Shown here piece by piece: positions 9,518 through 19,216 of a stretch of DNA of 64,000 nucleotides (positions are counted from its first letter, which is position 1; each line of letters starts with the position of its first letter). The DNA is from Candidatus Omnitrophota bacterium. GTDB taxonomy: Bacteria; Omnitrophota; Gorgyraeia; Zapsychrales; Zapsychraceae. Where the stretch lies: the NCBI GenBank assembly GCA_018812705.1, contig JAHJCZ010000028.1, forward strand, positions 11,092 through 75,091, written 5' to 3'. The notes under the pieces are model-generated. The model worked only from the letters and a program-made list of their open reading frames with translations. It was not told where the DNA came from and did not search any database. The position numbers were made by a program, and so were the translations under genes.

Positions 9518-10255
9518 GTGTTCAGATACCTTTTTGATGGAATTTGCAACCTGATCTATCCCCCAAAATGCCTTGCATGTAAAAGACCGATCCTTGCTCA
9601 AAACCCAACGGAAGTACTGTGCCAACATTGCATAAACTCCATAATGTTTAACATTCCTCCATTTTGCCCAAAATGCTCTCGCCACCTAGGAAAACATCCA
9701 AAATATTCTAAATGTAAAAACTGCTCGAGATCAGAACTATTCTTTGATTTTGCATGGTGCGCCTGCTTTTTTGAAGACCCCTTAAAAGAACTGATCCATA
9801 AATTTAAATATGATCAAAAAACTCAATTAAGCGATCAATTTTGCAAACTGATGATCCATTTTATTCAAGAATATTGCATGGACATTGAACAATTTGATCT
9901 TATAATGCCTATTCCTCTGCATCCTGCGCGTAAAAGGGAGCGAGGATACAATCAATCTTTTCTGCTTGCATCTAAAATATCAAAATCATTTAATATTAAT
10001 CTAAATATTAATCTTTTAATTAAAGTTAAAAACACTAAAAACCAATCCTTGTTAAGCAAAAAAGAACGCTGGACAAATATCACTGATGCTTTTAAAATAA
10101 AAAACCCCAATGCAGTAAAGAACAAGTCAATTCTATTAATTGACGATTTACTTACAACAGGAGCTACTTCTTCAGAAGCCGCAAAGGTATTAAAGATCTC
10201 TGGAGCAAAAACTGTTGGAGTATTTACACTAGCCGGGGCTCAATTAGAAAGATAG
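9518..10255 (+). CDS. comF: ComF family protein (double zinc ribbon plus phosphoribosyltransferase domain)
   Basis: CxxC pairs, RKRERGYNQS and LIDDLLTTGAT motifs; GTG start. Confidence 0.93.
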   Translation: MFRYLFDGICNLIYPPKCLACKRPILAQNPTEVLCQHCINSIMFNIPPFCPKCSRHLGKHPKYSKCKNCSRSELFFDFAWCACFFEDPLKELIHKFKYDQKTQLSDQFCKLMIHFIQEYCMDIEQFDLIMPIPLHPARKRERGYNQSFLLASKISKSFNINLNINLLIKVKNTKNQSLLSKKERWTNITDAFKIKNPNAVKNKSILLIDDLLTTGATSSEAAKVLKISGAKTVGVFTLAGAQLER

Positions 10256-10262
10256 CAAATAA

Positions 10263-11348
10263 ATGAAGATAATAAAAAGATACGCTTTAGGAGAATGCAT
10301 ACTTCCTTTTTTTATAGCCCTAGGAGTTCTCACTTGTGTTTTTCTTCTTGGAAATCTTATTCAATTAACAAATCTTGTAATAAACAAAGGAGTTAGCCTT
10401 TCTATCGTCGGTAAGGTTTTTCTTTTATACATACCAGTCCTTCTTGGATATACTATACCGATAGCTTGTCTGATCAGCGTTATTGTTGGCTTTAGCCGAA
10501 TGTCAGCTGATAATGAAATATTAGCTTTACGCGCCAGCGGATTCTTTTTAGGGAAGTTCTTAGCTCCAATAATTGCAGTAGGGGTCATCTTCAGCCTTTT
10601 TTCATTTATTCTGAATGAAAGGATCATTCCTTATGCTTTTCACAAGCAACAGACCTTGCTAAAGAATATTGGCTCTTCAAATCCCACAGCTTTGCTAGAA
10701 GCTGGTATTTTTATTCATGCATTCAGCAATCAAGTACTTTTCATACATAAGATCGAGGATAACATCTTATACAACATAACGATCTATCAGCCACAAACTG
10801 ATGGCCCGACCAGAACCATTATTGCAAAAAAAGGTGAATTCACCCCTGTTCCGGGCAAGAATCAGATAAAACTAAAATTGATAGAGGGAACAAGTGATGA
10901 ACCAAATTTGAAAAATCCAAACAACTTTTATAAATTGAACTTTAAAAGTTATTTTATGACTCTTGACATGTCAAACAAGAAAAATAATATTGAAAAAAAA
11001 CCTAAAAGCATGAACCTTAAGGAACTAACCAAAGAAATAGACAGGCTTGAACGTCTGTTCATTGAAACCGGCAGGCTAAGGACGGAATACCACAGAAAAA
11101 TAACATGGTCATTTTCACCATTTTTCTTTATTCTTCTTGGCTTTCCCATAGCAGTAATTACCAATAGAAGAGAAAAATCAGCTAACATCGTATTAGCAAT
11201 GGGCTGTGCAGTCGCATATTATTTGCTATCCATGGGATGCGAAGCATTAAGCATAAAAGAAATAGTACCAGCATCGATCATTATGTGGGTACCAAACTGC
11301 GCTGCAGCAGTAGTTGCAGCTATCCTAAATTACAAATGCGTATCATAG
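10263..11348 (+). CDS. lptF: LPS export ABC transporter permease, LptF/YjgP family
   Basis: Three TM segments, a periplasmic beta domain, three more TM segments; RMSADNEILALRASG motif. Confidence 0.9.
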   Translation: MKIIKRYALGECILPFFIALGVLTCVFLLGNLIQLTNLVINKGVSLSIVGKVFLLYIPVLLGYTIPIACLISVIVGFSRMSADNEILALRASGFFLGKFLAPIIAVGVIFSLFSFILNERIIPYAFHKQQTLLKNIGSSNPTALLEAGIFIHAFSNQVLFIHKIEDNILYNITIYQPQTDGPTRTIIAKKGEFTPVPGKNQIKLKLIEGTSDEPNLKNPNNFYKLNFKSYFMTLDMSNKKNNIEKKPKSMNLKELTKEIDRLERLFIETGRLRTEYHRKITWSFSPFFFILLGFPIAVITNRREKSANIVLAMGCAVAYYLLSMGCEALSIKEIVPASIIMWVPNCAAAVVAAILNYKCVS

Positions 11349-12442
11349 AACGACATATAGCTTCCTCAATCATCAAGATATTTATATCTACGGCTTTTGT
11401 GTTTTGTTTGCTTTACATATTAATAGACACAACAAGCACTCTTGATGAGATCATAGACCGAAAAGTTCCTTTCAGCATTCTGGTTGAGTATTATTTATCA
11501 TACATTCCATTAATTCTGATCCAAACTTCTCCTATCGCGTGTCTTATCGCAACATTATTCACTTTTGGAGCATTAAATAACAACAATGAGATCATTGTCA
11601 TGCGTGCAAGTGGCTTAAATTTCTGGCAAATAACAAAACCTGCGATCTGCTTCGGGCTTATTGTTTCTGCTCTTATCTTTTGGATAAATGAAAAATATGT
11701 TCCTGACGCCAATTCAAATTTACAAAAAATACGGCTTGAAAACATGATATTAAAAGCTGACCGCGATAAAAGACAAAAAGCCATAAAGAACCTGACCTTT
11801 TATGGCAAAAAAAACAGGCTCTATTTTATAGATACTTTTAATCCTCAGGACTTTGAATTAAATGGTATCACGATCATTGAACATGACAATAATGCAAACA
11901 TTGAGCAAAAGATCGTTGCCCTGAACGGAAAATGGACTGGAATAGCCTGGAAATTTTTTCAGTGTCAAGTTACTTCATATGAGCCTGGCGAGATCAATGT
12001 GGCAAAAAAAATAAAAGTATATCCGGAAAAGTTGATGGACAGCAAGATGGAAACTCCCGAAGATTTTTTAAAACAACGATTAGACGTCAACTCAATGAAC
12101 ATAAAACAGCTCCATGAATATATTAAACGCTTCTCTAATAGTGGTGCAGTAAAGGCATTAAATAATTTAAGGGTCGACCTGCATCAAAAGATCGCTTCAC
12201 CTTTTGGAAATTTTGTAATAATCCTTGTAGGGCTACCTTTTGCATTGATAGTTCGCAGCAGAAAAAGGTCAACTTTTACATCGTTAGGGATCGCGATCCT
12301 GATCGGATTTTTATTCTATGTAGCGAATGCAGTTGCTTTGGCCCTTGGTAAAGGAGGTCTCTTCCCTCCTATTTTATCTGCTTGGATAGTTCCAGTTATC
12401 TTTACTGGGGTTGCAATTGCTTTAATTGAGACCTATTTCTAA
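11336..12442 (+). CDS. lptG: LPS export ABC transporter permease, LptG/YjgQ family
   Basis: NNEIIVMRASG and LFPPILSAW motifs; tandem with lptF. Start moved to ATG 11336 (MRIIERHI). Confidence 0.9.
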   Translation: MRIIERHIASSIIKIFISTAFVFCLLYILIDTTSTLDEIIDRKVPFSILVEYYLSYIPLILIQTSPIACLIATLFTFGALNNNNEIIVMRASGLNFWQITKPAICFGLIVSALIFWINEKYVPDANSNLQKIRLENMILKADRDKRQKAIKNLTFYGKKNRLYFIDTFNPQDFELNGITIIEHDNNANIEQKIVALNGKWTGIAWKFFQCQVTSYEPGEINVAKKIKVYPEKLMDSKMETPEDFLKQRLDVNSMNIKQLHEYIKRFSNSGAVKALNNLRVDLHQKIASPFGNFVIILVGLPFALIVRSRKRSTFTSLGIAILIGFLFYVANAVALALGKGGLFPPILSAWIVPVIFTGVAIALIETYF

Positions 12443-12443
12443 A

Positions 12444-12635
12444 ATGTTCGGACTTTATCAATTTATCATACTAGCTTTCATCGTATTCATAATCTTATTA
12501 TCAAAGATCAGTTCAACAAAGAAAATCATATTATTCTTAATCTTAGTTTTAATATTATTGTGGATTGAAAAACCGATATGGTTCATTAATCTTACAGGTA
12601 GGTTACAAGCTCTTACTCGACAGGCTATTCCCTAA
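12444..12635 (+). CDS. Small two-TM membrane protein (63 aa)
   Basis: ATG 1 nt after the lptG stop; two hydrophobic stretches separated by a KISSTKK loop. Confidence 0.55.
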   Translation: MFGLYQFIILAFIVFIILLSKISSTKKIILFLILVLILLWIEKPIWFINLTGRLQALTRQAIP

Positions 12636-12666
12636 ATATTTTCTTTTACTTCTCGCAATATAAAAG

Positions 12667-14736
12667 CTATTTTTTTTCATCAAAACTATTAAGATATGCT
12701 GCAACAGCAGCTGCCCTCTCGTTATTTCCCTGCAGCTTTAAAAACTTTATTGCTTCTTTGGCATGCTTTTTTGCTGCTGAAATATTCCCGAACGAAGAAT
12801 ACAACTGGGATAACAGAATATGCACAGACGGATCCTTTGAATTATCTTTAAGACAGTCTCTTGCTATTTCTAAAGCAGTACCATAATCTCTGAACCCCTG
12901 ATAATTAAAAGCCAAAAGCAATTTTGCCTCAGTAAGACCCGGATCAAGTTTTAATGCATTATTTATACTATCAATACTATTTGGATAATCTTTAGCTTCA
13001 TTATAGAATTGCCCCATAAGATAGTATGTTTCGGGATCATTCTTATAATTCTCAAGACTCTTGTTAAAATAATTAATTGCCTCTGAAAACTTATTATCCC
13101 AATAGCTAATATAAGCCAATAGCTGATACGCATTTCTGTTATAAGGGTTTTTTATCCTTGCTAATTTCAAAGAACGGTCATCCTGCAGAATTTGATACCC
13201 CATTCTATTCATTTGCAATAATAGATTAACAATAACATTAGACGGGACTAGTGCTCCTTTGCTTAATTGAAAATGCCCATAAAGATCATTGCGATTAATG
13301 CTTGTCTTCATTTCATAATATATTTCACCCTTCTTATCGTATACATCTTCAAGAGAGAACTTTTTGCTAATCCAATGATTCAAGAAATCAACAAAGACAA
13401 AATTCTTATCGCTTATCTTAACGGCGCATAATGAATTCTCAACACGTTTGCTACTTGTCTTTTTGTCTGCAAAAAGATTGAAAAAAGAACTCTCTTGACT
13501 ATCTGCTTCATTTTTTTCAGGTGGATTAGCCCAGGTAGACACATAATACACATCAAATCCCCTTGCCTTGAGAAGCACATAATTGAGCATAGAAATAAAC
13601 GCACTTTTAAATTTTCCATCCATTTCTTTCTTTAACTCTAAAGAATGCTTGCCAAAATTTTTATAGTACCATACTAAAAAATTTGGTGTCTCTGCATCTA
13701 AAAAATAGATAAAGAAAGGTACTGCCTTTTCATTAAACTCTTTCTCGCTTTTAAAAGAAAAAACTTCATTCTTCACCATGTTCAAATTTTTTTCCAGTTG
13801 AGCAATAATACTACCCTCGCTAGCTGAAGGGTCTATTTGAAATTTATCATATAGGACTTTAATGATCCCTGTAGCTTCGGTTAACGCCGAAAGCCTTAAC
13901 TTCATATCATAATTCACATTGTATAAAGAATGAAGGTCCTTATCAGAGAATATTTTTTTATATGGCTGAATTAGCCCTTGTAGTTGTTTTCCAAAATTTG
14001 CATCAAACTTGCTCGCTTTGAGCATGTATGCTTGCGCCCCCTCAATATCATTTTTTGAAGCTAGATATAAACCATAAAAAACATAAACTTGAAATAACCT
14101 GCCATAAGAATTCCTTTGGCCTTCACCTAATTTATCAATGCGGGTCAGCATACCATTGAGGTCATCAAAAGATTCAACCTGATCTAAAAATACTTTTGCA
14201 TAATTATCTATCTTTTCATAAATCCCCCCCTCATCTATAAAAATCAGTGCATTTTCAACAATAGCAAGATATAGATCAAATGTTTCCAGGCATCTGTTTT
14301 CTTGAAAATCAGAACATTCCACAATTAAATTTTCAACAATTTTAAACGCTATATTAAAATTACCCTTTTCTATCTCCTCATTGGCTTTTACATGAACAAG
14401 CCTAAATTTAACATTTAGATCTTCCCGTTGAACAGGCGCCGGTGTTTCAGGTATTTCTTCATGTATTTTTTCTGAGGCCTCAGGTATGTTTAATTCTTCT
14501 TCTGGAATTTCTTTAACACCCTCAATAATATCTTCATTAAACGGTTCGCCATCCACACTTTCAATCTCATCCAAATAGAAAGTTACCTCCACCCCCAAAC
14601 CGGTGTCCACCCTGACAAAATCCTGCGCACGTCCAACAAACTTGCCTCTAATGGTTTGACCTGACGTCAACTGAATCTTCTCGGCAAAGGATGGGGTACA
14701 CATCAGGATAAAAAGAAGTAATAATAGTTTCTTCAT
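12667..14736 (-). CDS. Exported TPR-repeat protein with N-terminal small beta domain and possible inactive transglutaminase-like core
   Basis: Signal peptide ending SFA, C-terminal TPR units (AINYFNKSLENYKNDPETYYLMG), RBS AAGGAG. Confidence 0.8.
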   Translation of the reverse strand: MKKLLLLLFILMCTPSFAEKIQLTSGQTIRGKFVGRAQDFVRVDTGLGVEVTFYLDEIESVDGEPFNEDIIEGVKEIPEEELNIPEASEKIHEEIPETPAPVQREDLNVKFRLVHVKANEEIEKGNFNIAFKIVENLIVECSDFQENRCLETFDLYLAIVENALIFIDEGGIYEKIDNYAKVFLDQVESFDDLNGMLTRIDKLGEGQRNSYGRLFQVYVFYGLYLASKNDIEGAQAYMLKASKFDANFGKQLQGLIQPYKKIFSDKDLHSLYNVNYDMKLRLSALTEATGIIKVLYDKFQIDPSASEGSIIAQLEKNLNMVKNEVFSFKSEKEFNEKAVPFFIYFLDAETPNFLVWYYKNFGKHSLELKKEMDGKFKSAFISMLNYVLLKARGFDVYYVSTWANPPEKNEADSQESSFFNLFADKKTSSKRVENSLCAVKISDKNFVFVDFLNHWISKKFSLEDVYDKKGEIYYEMKTSINRNDLYGHFQLSKGALVPSNVIVNLLLQMNRMGYQILQDDRSLKLARIKNPYNRNAYQLLAYISYWDNKFSEAINYFNKSLENYKNDPETYYLMGQFYNEAKDYPNSIDSINNALKLDPGLTEAKLLLAFNYQGFRDYGTALEIARDCLKDNSKDPSVHILLSQLYSSFGNISAAKKHAKEAIKFLKLQGNNERAAAVAAYLNSFDEKK

Positions 14737-14803
14737 TTAGACAAAACTCCTTAATAATTGGATTTTTTGATGATCTGCATAGCTCATAGCCCTTGTATGA
14801 CGA

Positions 14804-15988
14804 TCACAAATACTTTCGAGCCAGGCGATTCCCTAAGCTACAAACAATTTCATAATTAATTGTTTTTGCATATCCTGCTAATTCCTCTGCAGAAATTGTT
14901 TCTTTCCCCTGTTTTCCTAAGATCACAACAGGCATGCCTATCCTGGGTTTCTTTACTGAAGACACATCAACAATGATCTGGTCCATAGTCACCCTTCCAA
15001 CAACCTTACACCGTTCTCCCCCGATCAAAACAGAAGCCTGGTTTGAGAACAATCGAAAATAACCATCATTATACCCAATTGGAATTACAGCAACTGTCAT
15101 GTCATTTTTTGAAAAGAACGTCCTTCCATAGCTGAGACTTCTTCCTTTTTCAATATCTTTAAGGAAAATCACTTGTGATCTAATGCTCATTGCCGGCTTA
15201 AGATCAACTTTGCCCTTAAGGCTCTTATCGGGATAAAGGCCATAAAGCATAAGGCCCGGCCTTACAAGGTTCAATACATGCGTTTTATATCCTGCCAATC
15301 CCATACTATTGGCCGCATGAATATATGGAATGATCAATCCACTTTTATCTAGTCGAATAACAAGATCATAAAGGCATTCTATTTGATTTCTTGTAAAGTT
15401 TTGATCAGTATCTGCAGCTGGGAAATGAGTGAAAATCCCCATGATCCTTAATCTGTTCAGTTTCATTAATTCCCCTACAAACTCAAAGGCTTCCTTATGC
15501 CAAACGCCTAGACGACCCATGCCTGTATCAACTTTCACGTGAATATCCACGATCTTTCTTTTTTTGACCGCGTATTCATTTAACGCATTTGCTAATTCTA
15601 ATGTGCAAACTGTCGGCATCAAATTATTATCTATGATCTTCTTGGCGCAAGATGCTAACGTCGTTTCAAACAACAGTATCGGTTTTTCTATACCTATCTT
15701 TCTTAAAGCTATACCTTCATTAATATCAGAAACTCCAAAAAAATTCACACCTTCTTTTTCCAGCAATAATGCAACTTGCTCAAATCCGTGGCCATATGCA
15801 TCTGCTTTTATAACAGCGAGAATTTCAGAGGGCTTTGGTTTTGTTTTTTTGGTACCTGTTCTTGACGGGAAAATGAATTTGTTTGCTGCAGCCAGTTTAT
15901 TAAGCTGTTTTATATTATGCTTAATTGCTTTTAAATCAATTTCAGCCCAAGTTAGAACATCACCGTTATTTTGCTTTTCCCTTATCAT
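14804..15988 (-). CDS. alr: Alanine racemase
   Basis: AVIKADAYGHG (PLP Lys), KVDTGMGRLG, LSYG (catalytic Tyr) and GRVTMDQ motifs. Confidence 0.97.
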   Translation of the reverse strand: MIREKQNNGDVLTWAEIDLKAIKHNIKQLNKLAAANKFIFPSRTGTKKTKPKPSEILAVIKADAYGHGFEQVALLLEKEGVNFFGVSDINEGIALRKIGIEKPILLFETTLASCAKKIIDNNLMPTVCTLELANALNEYAVKKRKIVDIHVKVDTGMGRLGVWHKEAFEFVGELMKLNRLRIMGIFTHFPAADTDQNFTRNQIECLYDLVIRLDKSGLIIPYIHAANSMGLAGYKTHVLNLVRPGLMLYGLYPDKSLKGKVDLKPAMSIRSQVIFLKDIEKGRSLSYGRTFFSKNDMTVAVIPIGYNDGYFRLFSNQASVLIGGERCKVVGRVTMDQIIVDVSSVKKPRIGMPVVILGKQGKETISAEELAGYAKTINYEIVCSLGNRLARKYL

Positions 15989-16699
15989 TGTTTCCTTCTA
16001 ACCTGACAATCTTCAGGATATAGATACACTGGTAAAATTTTCTCTACTTTATCAAACTTCTTTTCCCTAATAGACTTGTAAGCTAGAGCTGCTAAGTTTT
16101 TAGCTTTAGGATACCAAAGTTCTTCTTTCTCTTCATATAAAAATGTTGCCTGACTTTTTATTGATCTTGATCGTAAAATTTCTTCTTTTACTATTTCATC
16201 TTTATAAACATTAAGAGCATCACCAATAAAAACAACATCACCACTAATCTTCTGTAAAATATCTTGAATACTAGTTAACATATAATCTGTTTTTTTTTTT
16301 GATATTTAAGCCTTCTTTATCATAAACGCACCCAAAAACCATATTTCTTTTTGCATCGCAGATCGTACATACCTGCGCATTTTTTCTTTTTATATTTAAA
16401 GCTAAAACATCTAAGCTCGGGATCCCTACAATGGGCTTGTTTGTAGCATAAGCCAAACCCTTTACAGTTGAAACACCAACTCTCAAACCAGTAAAGGACC
16501 CTGGCCCTAATCCAACTGCAAAACCATCAATTTGAGATAGTGTAACACCTGCTTTTTTTAACACTTGCTCAATAGCTGGAATAATTGTTGAGCTAAGGAC
16601 TTTTTTTGACTTTAAATTCTTGGAACTAAGGACTTTCTCATTCTCTGAAACTGCTAAACTAAAATGTTTTGTAGACGTATCTATAGATAATATTCGCAT
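15985..16699 (-). pseudogene. tsaB: tRNA t6A modification protein TsaB, split by +1 frameshift in an A11 run (or sequencing error)
   Basis: The N-half has ILSIDTS, GPGSFTGLRVG and DAKR; the C-half has VFIGDA and PVYL. Removing one A from the run at 16290-16300 joins them as ...NIKKKTDYMLTSIQD. Confidence 0.9.
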
Positions 16700-16702
16700 A
16701 AC

Positions 16703-17143
16703 TTATCGTTTTTCTTTCTTAGTTACCGTGATTGACCTTTCATTCTCGCTTTTATGCTTAAGCTCAAATGAATAATAATTCTTTGGCATTAAATTTTCTA
16801 ATTTTTCAGCCCATTCAATTATTGCAACACCATCTCCGAACAAATACTCTTCATAATCAAGTGAAAATATCTCGTTTGTATCCTCTATCCTGTAAAGATC
16901 AAAATGAAATATCGGAAATGACTTTCTTCCCTCATAAACATTCATCAAGGTGAATGTTGGGCTATGAACTTTTTTAGGGCTTATATGCAAACCTTTAGCT
17001 AATCCTTTAACAAGCGTTGTTTTACCGCTACCTAGATCACCAAAAAGGCAAATAATATCACCTGCCTTTATGCTGCTTGCAAATTTCTCTCCGAAATCCT
17101 TTGTTTCTTGCTGGCTCTTAGATAATATTCTTATTTTTTTCAT
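16703..17143 (-). CDS. tsaE: tRNA t6A biosynthesis ATPase TsaE
   Basis: GDLGSGKTT, SPTFTL, HFDLYR and IIEW motifs. Confidence 0.96.
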   Translation of the reverse strand: MKKIRILSKSQQETKDFGEKFASSIKAGDIICLFGDLGSGKTTLVKGLAKGLHISPKKVHSPTFTLMNVYEGRKSFPIFHFDLYRIEDTNEIFSLDYEEYLFGDGVAIIEWAEKLENLMPKNYYSFELKHKSENERSITVTKKEKR

Positions 17144-17149
17144 ATACTG

Positions 17150-18055
17150 CTAAAAATGAACAAATCCCTTTTTCATTTTTATTTCCCTTTCTTCTCCCTC
17201 AACATCAACAGATAATAATCCAATAGATTCCCTTACAATTTCACCTATATGGTAAAATATATATTTTTTTTGTGATAAGATCTTTTTTGCTTCTTTAGGT
17301 GAAACTGTAAACAACAATTCAAAATCCTCGCCGTCATAATAAGCCTTCTCAATGTTTGCATCTTTTCTTAGCGGCACATTCTTTTCATACAATATAGCTC
17401 CAACTTTACTTCCCTTTAAAATATGATCAAGATCAGGGACTAATCCATCAGAAATATCTATCATTGAAGATATCTTATATTTATTTACCAAATACTGCGA
17501 CTCGGCGACTCGGGGCATAAACCTTAAATGCCAACCACTATTTAAAGAATTTCCTAATCGACCTGTAACGAAGACCTTATCACCTACTTTTGCACCATCT
17601 CTATAAACGGCCTTATCAGCATTTACCTCTCCGGTAAGCGCAACGTTAATAACATTATTTTCGCTCCTTACCGTATCTCCTCCAACAATATTCACACCGA
17701 ACCTTTTCGCAGCTGTTTTCATGCCCTGATGTATTTTCAATATAAAGTCTAATTTTATTGAAGGGGCTACCCCAAAAGAAATAACCGCATGCTTTGGTAT
17801 TCCTCCCATAGCCGCAATATCACTGACGCTGCAGCATACTGCCTTGTAACCTATTGCTTTTGGCGATGAATCCTTCGTAAAATGCACTCCCTCAACCAGC
17901 ATGTCAGTTGTAAGCAATAATCTCTTTTTGGACGACATCTTAACTACAGCTGTATCGTCACCAATACCTTTAATAACGTCTGACGAACAAGAAGTTTTTG
18001 ATCTTAATATATCTATCAAGCCAAATTCGCCAATACTAGCTATTTTTTTTTTCAT
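17150..18055 (-). CDS. thiL: Thiamine-monophosphate kinase
   Basis: GEFGLI, GIGDDTA, SDIAAMG, GGDT, DISDGL and GEDFELLF motifs. Confidence 0.96.
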   Translation of the reverse strand: MKKKIASIGEFGLIDILRSKTSCSSDVIKGIGDDTAVVKMSSKKRLLLTTDMLVEGVHFTKDSSPKAIGYKAVCCSVSDIAAMGGIPKHAVISFGVAPSIKLDFILKIHQGMKTAAKRFGVNIVGGDTVRSENNVINVALTGEVNADKAVYRDGAKVGDKVFVTGRLGNSLNSGWHLRFMPRVAESQYLVNKYKISSMIDISDGLVPDLDHILKGSKVGAILYEKNVPLRKDANIEKAYYDGEDFELLFTVSPKEAKKILSQKKYIFYHIGEIVRESIGLLSVDVEGEEREIKMKKGFVHF

Positions 18056-18066
18056 GATTTAAATTT

Positions 18067-18141
18067 GGGGACACGTACTTATTTTATATTGTTTGTTTTT
18101 TTTATGAAATAGGTACGTGTCCCCTATTTTTCCCCTATTTT
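18067..18141. repeat. 58-bp intergenic palindrome (REP-like) followed by an 11-bp tandem duplication
   Basis: GGGGACACGTACTTATTT (18067-18084) pairs with AAATAGGTACGTGTCCCC (18107-18124) with one G-T. TCCCCTATTTT is repeated at 18120-18130 and 18131-18141. Confidence 0.85.
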
Positions 18142-19177
18142 ATTTAAACATTGCTTTAATGTTCTTTGTATTCACAGGGCTGATAATACCATGTTCCGTA
18201 ATAATAGCAGTTATAAGCTCATGATCAGTTACATCAAAAGCAGGATTATAAACTTTTACATTCTTCGGTGCCGTAATCACGCCTCCAAAACTCTTGACCT
18301 CAGAACTATCTCTTTCTTCAATAGGGATCTCTTTGCCGTTATCTATCGTCATATCAAATGTTGAATATGGAGCAGCAATATAAAAAGGTATCTTATGATA
18401 TTTTGCCAATACAGCTAAACTGTAAGTTCCTATCTTATTCGCTGTGTCTCCATTTGAGGCAATGCGGTCAGCGCCGGCAATGATCAGATCAATTTTCTTC
18501 TGCTTCATTAAAGTAGCAGCCATATTATCGCAGATCAAGGTCGTATCAATTTTTTCTTTTAACAGCTCCCAAGTTGTAAGACGTGCACCTTGAAGAAGAG
18601 GCCTTGTTTCACAAGAATAAACTTTAAATTTCTTTCCTTTTTCTTTTGCTGCATACATTACACCTAAAGCCGTTCCATAATCAGCCGTCGCAAGGGCCCC
18701 TGCATTACAGACAGTCAAGACCGATTGGCCTGATCTTATGAATTTTTCTCCGTTGGCCCCTATCTTTCGGCACATTAATTTATCTTCATTAAAAATTTCC
18801 ATTGCCTCTATGTGAAGCTGCTTTATCGCCTCTCCCACATTAAGCTCAAGGCAGGTTGCCGCCGCGAATTTCATTCTCTCTAAACTATTGAAAAGATTTA
18901 CAGCAGTTGGCCGTGAAGTCCCGATATATTTGCAAACTTTATAAACATGTTTGACTAATTGCTTAACCGTTTTTCCTTTAAATTCCTTTAGCCCTAACAA
19001 AACACCAAAACCGGCAGCAACCCCTAAAGCAGGCGCCCCTCTAACGCTCAACCTTTTTATGCAATCCCAAAGCGTCTTAACATCAGAACAAGTAATATAC
19101 TCTAGGCTGCCCGGAAGTTTTGTTTGATCAATTAATCGAACATTTCCTTTTGTATATGTAATAGTCGGAACTGGCAT
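18140..19177 (-). CDS. mtnA: S-methyl-5-thioribose-1-phosphate isomerase
   Basis: DQTKLP, VRGAPA, SRPTAVNL, CNAGALAT, ETRPLLQGARLT, NKIGTY and NPAFDVT motifs. Confidence 0.96.
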   Translation of the reverse strand: MPVPTITYTKGNVRLIDQTKLPGSLEYITCSDVKTLWDCIKRLSVRGAPALGVAAGFGVLLGLKEFKGKTVKQLVKHVYKVCKYIGTSRPTAVNLFNSLERMKFAAATCLELNVGEAIKQLHIEAMEIFNEDKLMCRKIGANGEKFIRSGQSVLTVCNAGALATADYGTALGVMYAAKEKGKKFKVYSCETRPLLQGARLTTWELLKEKIDTTLICDNMAATLMKQKKIDLIIAGADRIASNGDTANKIGTYSLAVLAKYHKIPFYIAAPYSTFDMTIDNGKEIPIEERDSSEVKSFGGVITAPKNVKVYNPAFDVTDHELITAIITEHGIISPVNTKNIKAMFK

Positions 19178-19216
19178 AGAATATTCCCCTTATTAAGATA
19201 TTTTTTATTGATATAT

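Noticed and set aside
9449-9685. 78-aa minus-strand ORF overlapping the comF start
   Set aside because: It is antisense to comF, covers the comF promoter, and has no family features.
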